Source: an uncultured Alphaproteobacteria bacterium (lineage in GTDB: Bacteria > Pseudomonadota > Alphaproteobacteria > GCA-2731375). From it: a stretch of DNA of 64,000 nt. Within the stretch, counting starts at the first letter, position 1. Each line of letters starts with the position of its first letter. Under the pieces are notes generated by a model. That model worked only from the letters and a program-made list of their open reading frames with translations, made no database searches and was not told the origin of the DNA. The stretch covers positions 1,600,017 through 1,664,016 of the forward strand of contig CATOSZ010000001.1 in assembly GCA_951812805.1 (NCBI GenBank). The letters are read 5' to 3'. Both the position numbers and the translations under genes were made by a program. Shown here piece after piece: positions 58,532-64,000 of the stretch.

Positions 58532-58768
58532 CACCGGCGGCGGTGATTCACAACGTCAACCGCCTTCTGGCGGAGATCCGCGCACGTAAGCGCTGGAGCC
58601 TCAATCTCGGCTTCGCGCTCGCGCCGGACAGCAACGTTTCGGCGGCGTCGGACAATCGGACGATCTGGATCGACACGGCCTACGGTCGTCTGCCGTTTAC
58701 CTACGAGACGGCGCCGAAGTCGGGTATCGGCGTCTCGGTGTGGGCCGGGGGTGAGTACCAGTATCCGC
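58108..58768 (+). pseudogene. SLAM / DUF560 type XI secretion outer-membrane protein, truncated
   Basis: Signal peptide, TPR (RVRLELARAFFLKGEDDLAKAHFERVLAG), start of barrel (WSLNLGFALAPDSNV...GGEYQYP), then fused to an IS1182 remnant. Confidence 0.8.
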
Positions 58769-59446
58769 GACGGACCCGGACTCGCGCATCATGCCGGTGG
58801 CCGGCGGCGGCTTCGAGCAGTGCTACAACGCCCAGGCTGCGGTGGCCGCCGGCAGCCTGCTGGTGGTCAGCGCCGACGTGGTGCAGGCGGCGAACGACAA
58901 GCAGCAGATCGAACCGACGCTCGAAGCACTCGCCGGCCTGCCGGACGGGCTTGGCGAGGTCGAGACCCTGTTGGCGGACAGCGGCTACTTCAGCCAGGCC
59001 AACGTCGAGGCCTGCGGGGAAGCGGAGATCGCGCCGCTGATCGCGCTCGGCCGGGAGCACCACCATCTTTCCTGGCGGGACCGCTTCGCCGAGGCGCCGC
59101 CAGCGCCCGAGGATCCGACGCCGCTCGAGGCGATGTGCCATCGCCTGGCCACACCCGAGGGCCGGGCGCTCTACGCGCTTCGCAAGCAGACGCCGGAGCC
59201 GGTGTTCGGCATCATCAAATCGGTGATGGGCTTGCGTCAGTTCAGCCTGCGCGGCCTCGACAAGGCGAAGGGGGAATGGACCTTGGCCACGCTCTCCTGG
59301 AACATCAAGCGGATGTTCGTCCTCAGCCACGCCTGAACGGGCGGGCCAACCCGCGTTCGCAACTTCATGGGGGTAAATCCATGACATCGACGCCCGCCAA
59401 GCCAATTTTACCAATCCTTGCATGCCCGAGTCCGACAGGCTGCTAG
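58769..59446 (+). mobile_element. IS1182-family remnant (3' half of transposase plus right end)
   Basis: TDPDSRIMP..GGFEQCYNAQ, LADSGY, RKQTPEPVFGIIK, FSLRGL; ends ...CCGACAGGCTGCTAG. Confidence 0.82.
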
Positions 59447-59645
59447 GCCCACTCGTTGGCCCTCCTCTGACCTCGCACGAAGACATCGAGCGGATGCTGG
59501 ACAGATCAGTAGGCGCTCGGGCGGAGAATGATGATGAAATCCCACCCGAGGCCGCCGCCGAGATCATGCGCGAATACCAGGACGATCATTATCGACGAGC
59601 GCTAGGCGATCCCTTGCCCATGCTTGACGGGAAGACGCCGCGACG
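59447..59645 (+). pseudogene. Fragment of a hypothetical protein (DUF2384/SEC-C-associated C-terminus-like)
   Basis: EIPPE...DHYRRALGDPLPMLDGKTPR; no start codon, degenerates afterwards. Confidence 0.45.
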
Positions 59646-60001
59646 CCGTCCTCCAACCCCTGATAACATGTCGGGGCAGGCCAAAAACCTGCATGGGGAT
59701 CTCCTTCAAGCTGTTGGTCTCGCAACTCACAGCTTCGGAGATCCCCGCCTCTGCCGCCAGAGGCGCGTCTCACATCTATCTGAACCTAGTCACCTCGCCC
59801 GGCGAAGCAAGACGCGAAAAGCGCTCCCACACCACGCGACGGGACACGACGTGCTGCCCGCCGCACCCGGGCTATGGGCCGGTCACGGTCCCAGAGCTGG
59901 GTAGTTTCTGCAAGGTACAGGCCGTCCTCCAGCCCCATGCCGATACCCCGGCTGATCTCCTGTTTCTGGCGGTGCGTTGGTTTCTCGCGGAACCACGGTG
60001 C

Positions 60002-60841
60002 TCAATCGCGCCGGCGAAGTCGACCCGCCCCGGCGACGGTCTCGGCGAGGCTCCGGCCCGGCTGTAGGGTGTATCCGGTCTTCTGTTCCAGGGCCGCGTA
60101 GCGGCGGTAGAGCGCGGGCCGGGCGCGGGCGGCGATGGTTAGATCGGCTTTACTGGCGAAGAGGCAAAAGCTGCACGACAGGCGTGAGGCGCCGAGATCG
60201 TAGGCTTCGTGCCGGCGCTGCCCGGAGGCCTGGATGGTTCGCCACACCTGATCCAGGGTCATGTCGCGGATAGGCAGGAAGTCGTATACCGTGCGTTTGG
60301 CGGTGGAGAGGCGTTTGTTCAGCGCCCAAGCGTCCCGGGCCGCGCGGCTGTGGGATTCTTCGGCGCGCAGACCGAGGCAATTCATGACCAGGGGCGCGCC
60401 GAGGCCGCGGATGAACTTTTCTACTGGGGCGCGCTTTAGATCCGAAGTGCGGAACCTCTGATTCGCCGAAGGGAAGGGTGAGGCGTCCCGCCCGTCGGCG
60501 CGCAACTTGCGGCGGCGGCAACGGACCATGTCGAGCAGGTGTTTTTCCGAGCCGTCGCGCCAGACGGCTTTCACCACGTTGAGCTCATGGGCGATATTGG
60601 CCCGAATGTGGTCCTGGACGCCGGGCCATTCCACCTCGCCGAGATCGGCGTGCACGACGATGATCCGCTCGTGGGGCACGAGGGAGGAGACGACGGCGTA
60701 CATGGCCTGGCTATCCTTGCCACCTGAATGGTTGAGGACGAAGACGGCGCCGGCGGCAAGGCTCTCGTGGCGTGACGGCCCTATCGGTAAACGCGGCCCA
60801 ATCGCATGGGGATGTGAGGAGGGCGTGGTGGCGTGGCTCAT
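60002..60841 (-). CDS. PAPS-reductase-family protein of the mobile-element type
   Basis: HSGGKDS PP-loop, VHADLG.VEW, TSDLKR.P, GLRAEES..R, RLSCSFC. Confidence 0.85.
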   Translation of the reverse strand: MSHATTPSSHPHAIGPRLPIGPSRHESLAAGAVFVLNHSGGKDSQAMYAVVSSLVPHERIIVVHADLGEVEWPGVQDHIRANIAHELNVVKAVWRDGSEKHLLDMVRCRRRKLRADGRDASPFPSANQRFRTSDLKRAPVEKFIRGLGAPLVMNCLGLRAEESHSRAARDAWALNKRLSTAKRTVYDFLPIRDMTLDQVWRTIQASGQRRHEAYDLGASRLSCSFCLFASKADLTIAARARPALYRRYAALEQKTGYTLQPGRSLAETVAGAGRLRRRD

Positions 60842-60887
60842 GGTGGATTGTCTCCGAGACTGATGTTGAGAGAGGCGAGCCCGCTGC

Positions 60888-61249
60888 GGTCTCCAGGCGG
60901 CCCTCCAGCCTCGCTCGGGTTCCCCTCCGATGCGCGGTGCCGGCTGCGGGTTGCAGCGCGGCACGAGCGGGCTGAAACGTCGTTTCGAAGACGGCGACGA
61001 AACACCCATACATTAGCGATACCCGTATTGACTGATGGTCCCTTGGAGCCATATGCTAGCGGCCTCTTCACGGGGCCTCTTCACGGGGCCTCTTCACGGG
61101 GCCTCTTCACGGGGCCTCTTCACGGGGCCTCTTCACGGGGCCTCTTGCTAAACGCTAGGAGCCCTGAAGTGAAGTTGATCTCTCGAAAGCCCCAGTGGGG
61201 ACTGCCCGCCACCGCGATGGCTGCGGCGTTACTCGTCGCCGGATGCGGC
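60888..61249 (+). repeat. Conserved 5' block of lipoprotein module, copy B
   Basis: Direct repeat of 56464-56760. Confidence 0.92.
61061..61146 (+). repeat. 13-bp VNTR (GGCCTCTTCACGG) x6 plus a partial unit
   Basis: Counted directly; copy A has one unit plus the partial (56637-56657). Confidence 0.95.
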
Positions 61250-63421
61250 GGTGGAAGTAATAAGAACGATTCGGCGGCGGCGGAGCCCCCGCCGGTGGCA
61301 TCGACCGAGCAGGAGCGGTTTGATGCGCGTGATGCGGTGAGGGCAGCCGAGAGTGCCCGGGCGGCTGCGGAGCGGGATGTTGCGGATAACGCGGTGTCTG
61401 AGATCGCGGCAGTATTGAATGCCGTCGAAGGTGAAGTGGCGAGGGCCAATGAGGCCGTTGACGCGGCCAGACTCGCAGGCACGGATGATGCCAGAGCTTC
61501 GGAGGCTGCCGACAGCGCTGCGTCTGAAGTAGAGATGGTGAACCAGGCGATGCAAGAAGTAGAAGCGGCGAGGCTTGCGCTGGACCAGGCGACTGCCGAT
61601 TACGAACAGGCCACGAGGGATGCGGACATTGAGACGCAGGCAGGCGCGACGGTCATCCAGACGGCGGCAAACACTCTGAAGGACGCAGCCGAGAACGCGA
61701 GTATGGCAGCGGCGACGGCCATGGAAAATGCCAACGTTGCCCTTGACGAGGCCATGTCATTCGCCCAGATGGCGGCTGACGCTGCGGAGCCGGTGGCATC
61801 GACCGAGCAGGAGCGGTTTGATGCGCGTGATGCGCGGAGTCTTGCTGAGGACGCACGTGCGGAAGCGCTGCAGATAGTTACCGACGACGCGGCATCTCGC
61901 TCAGAAAGATACGCGGACGTCGCTTCTGAAGCGCAAGAAAGGGCTAGGGCCGCTCGCACAGATGCTAGGACGGCTTCGGAGCAGAGTGAGAGGGCGTCCG
62001 AGCAAGCGGAGATCGTGAGGTCCGCAAGGGCTGCCCTGGATGAGGCTATTGCCGAGTACGAAAGGGCAACGCAGGATGCGGACATTGAAACGCAGCAAGG
62101 CGCGAGGGCCATCACGGATGCTGCGAACAACTTGAGGGACGCTGCCGACACGGCAAGGACGAGTGTCGAAGCGGCCATCGTCTCCGCCGAGACTTTTGCC
62201 GAGGAGGCAACCGCCGCTGCGGGTACGCATGTGCTTGAGCTGTTCAGGACGGCGAATGCATACGGCGAAGAGGCCGCAGAGCAAGATGCTTTCATCGAGG
62301 CGGCCGGTGAAGCGATTGTGGGGGCAGCCAATGCTAATAACGCCGACACCGTTTCGGTCACCCCTATCTGGAACAATGTGCCGGTCAACGGCGATACGCC
62401 AGCCGACGTGGATTTGAAATTCCAAGTTGATGACATCGAAGTAGACAGCGACAACGTGAGGGTCATCGACCCGCTCGGCGACTTCGAGCATGGGCGTGAG
62501 ATGGAGGTGGAAAATGGGTTCAAGCTAATCGTCTTCACGGACAAAAAGCAGGCCGATGCTCCAAGAGAAGGAGTAACAGCAATAGAAGCCAAGGAATTCA
62601 ATACCGCCTCGGTCCGTCTCGGCAAAGTCCAAGGCGACAGGAGCGATCCTGCTAACGTCACCTTCTACGACGAGGAGGATTTAGTTGGTGGGGCATCGAG
62701 GGATTTTCCAGATGCCGCGTACGCGTATTCTGGAGGCTTGACATGCCCAGATGCCACAGTTTGCTCCATCGAAACGGACGGCACTGTCGTGGGCTACGTG
62801 TTCACGGGGAAACGAGAGGCCGTAGCTGCTGTTTCAGCAAGAACTGGGAGGGAGCAAAACGACGACTACCTCTCGTTCGGCATCTGGTTGAAGGGGGATA
62901 ACGTCAGTAATCTTGCCTTCGGTGCTTTCGAGGACGGTGGCGATCCGATTGGGACAACAGATGGCTTAACGGGGATCACGGGCAACGCGACCTACAGTGG
63001 TTCGGCTGCTGGTGCCCATCACAAGACCGGCGAAGGCGTGAACTGGTTCGATGGCAAAGCGAGCCTGACTGCCAAGTTCGGGGATGCTTCGAGTCGGGGT
63101 ACCGTCGAAGGTGATATTAGCGAGATCAGAGTGGGTGGTGGCGCAGCACTGGAGGACAAGATTCGCCTGCAAACGACTCCTATTGGGGTCAGTGATACTG
63201 TTGCGGCCGGTGTGGCTGTGATGGGTTCGATCCTGGATGCGAATTCGAACGTACAGCACAAGTTCGAGGGCACGTGGAACGCGACTTTCTACGGGCCGGA
63301 TACGAACGATGAGGAAGAGAACATCGCCCCCAAGGCGATTGGCGGCACTTTTGGCGTCAGTGATACCACCGATGAGATTACCGAGAGCTTCATTGGTGCC
63401 TTCGGCGCCAAGAAGCAGTAG
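61169..63421 (+). CDS. Surface lipoprotein with Ala-rich coiled-coil stalk and C-terminal TbpB-like barrel (T11SS cargo) #2
   Basis: AGGAG RBS + GTG, lipobox LVAG-C, internally duplicated PVASTEQERFDARDA unit, YLSFGIW...GNATYSG...GTWNATFYG...FIGAFGAKKQ. Confidence 0.8.
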   Translation: MKLISRKPQWGLPATAMAAALLVAGCGGGSNKNDSAAAEPPPVASTEQERFDARDAVRAAESARAAAERDVADNAVSEIAAVLNAVEGEVARANEAVDAARLAGTDDARASEAADSAASEVEMVNQAMQEVEAARLALDQATADYEQATRDADIETQAGATVIQTAANTLKDAAENASMAAATAMENANVALDEAMSFAQMAADAAEPVASTEQERFDARDARSLAEDARAEALQIVTDDAASRSERYADVASEAQERARAARTDARTASEQSERASEQAEIVRSARAALDEAIAEYERATQDADIETQQGARAITDAANNLRDAADTARTSVEAAIVSAETFAEEATAAAGTHVLELFRTANAYGEEAAEQDAFIEAAGEAIVGAANANNADTVSVTPIWNNVPVNGDTPADVDLKFQVDDIEVDSDNVRVIDPLGDFEHGREMEVENGFKLIVFTDKKQADAPREGVTAIEAKEFNTASVRLGKVQGDRSDPANVTFYDEEDLVGGASRDFPDAAYAYSGGLTCPDATVCSIETDGTVVGYVFTGKREAVAAVSARTGREQNDDYLSFGIWLKGDNVSNLAFGAFEDGGDPIGTTDGLTGITGNATYSGSAAGAHHKTGEGVNWFDGKASLTAKFGDASSRGTVEGDISEIRVGGGAALEDKIRLQTTPIGVSDTVAAGVAVMGSILDANSNVQHKFEGTWNATFYGPDTNDEEENIAPKAIGGTFGVSDTTDEITESFIGAFGAKKQ

Positions 63422-63444
63422 GTCCTGGCGGGCTTGACTTTAAA

Positions 63445-63491
63445 CGGGCGGGGTCCGGAGAGAAGCACTCCGAGCCCCGCCCGGCTTTTTT
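63445..63491 (+). terminator. Rho-independent terminator after lipoprotein #2
   Basis: Same stem and U-tract as 57975-58021. Confidence 0.72.
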
Positions 63492-63576
63492 CCGTTTTGT
63501 TTTTCCATGTGGGCTTCTCCGAGGCGAGCGGGGCCGCTCCGGTGGAGGCCCCGCTCGCCTCGGAGAAGCCCATCTC

Positions 63577-64000
63577 ATGTATCCGTTATCGATATTCCGT
63601 GCGTTGGCGTTGGGAACGGCGCTGGCATGTGCCGTACCAGCCTGGGCAGCGCCGGATCCGGCACGGCCCAGCGCCGATGTGGCCGAGGCCCAGGAACTTG
63701 TCCGCGATGGCCGGTTCGAGGACGCCCTGAAGCGTCTCCGCCCCCTGGCCGAAGGGGGCACGGTGGATGCGGCGGCGATGTTCCAGTTGGGCCTCGCGGC
63801 GGTGGGCGCGGCGCAAGAAGCGGATTTGGCGGAGGCGAAGCGCGAGGCGCTGCTGGCCGAGGCGATCGCGGCCTTCCGGTCGCTTCTGGTGCGTCGGCCG
63901 GGCCTGGTGCGGGTACGCCTGGAGCTGGCCCGTGCCTTCTTCTTGAAGGGCGAGGACGATCTTGCGAAGGCGCATTTCGAGCGCGTGCTGGCAGGCAAGC
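63577..64000 (+). CDS. SLAM / DUF560 type XI secretion protein (runs off the window)
   Basis: MYPLSIFRALALG..., near-identical to the ORF starting at 58108; open to the window end. Confidence 0.8.
   Translation, partial: MYPLSIFRALALGTALACAVPAWAAPDPARPSADVAEAQELVRDGRFEDALKRLRPLAEGGTVDAAAMFQLGLAAVGAAQEADLAEAKREALLAEAIAAFRSLLVRRPGLVRVRLELARAFFLKGEDDLAKAHFERVLAGK

Noticed and set aside
61061..61146. 13-bp repeats as plasmid iterons or CRISPR
   Set aside because: Far from repC, no spacers, and present as a single unit in the paralogous block; best read as a VNTR
60833..61168. N-terminal extension of lipoprotein #2 through the VNTR (coding phase variation)
   Set aside because: The RBS and signal peptide/lipobox place the start at 61169; the upstream open frame is probably incidental

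Overview
GC-rich alphaproteobacterial DNA (probably Rhodospirillales-like; inferred from gene content). Bases 1-46.7 kb are mostly chromosomal metabolism. They hold soeABC, a Rieske oxygenase pair, a Fur-boxed Fe3+ ABC transporter, purEK, gpsA, CoA-dependent catabolic genes and five adenylate-cyclase/TolB-N/TPR paralogues. They also hold a rhizavidin-like gene hidden in the ORF track, ISNCY and IS630 elements and a structured MITE. From about 46.7 kb the window is accessory DNA. An IS21 is followed by a class C group II intron that sits right behind the terminator of a putative repC counter-transcribed RNA. Next is an unusual repC-parA-parB module with a convergent large serine recombinase. 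Its cargo is two copies of a surface-lipoprotein/SLAM (type XI secretion) module. The copies share near-identical promoter/signal-peptide and C-terminus/terminator/SLAM flanks but carry different TbpB-like passengers, and they differ in the copy number of a 13-bp repeat in the 5' UTR. This replicative-integrative element with apparently swappable surface-lipoprotein cassettes is the best candidate for an undescribed system. All calls come from motif recognition by eye; no database searches were run.
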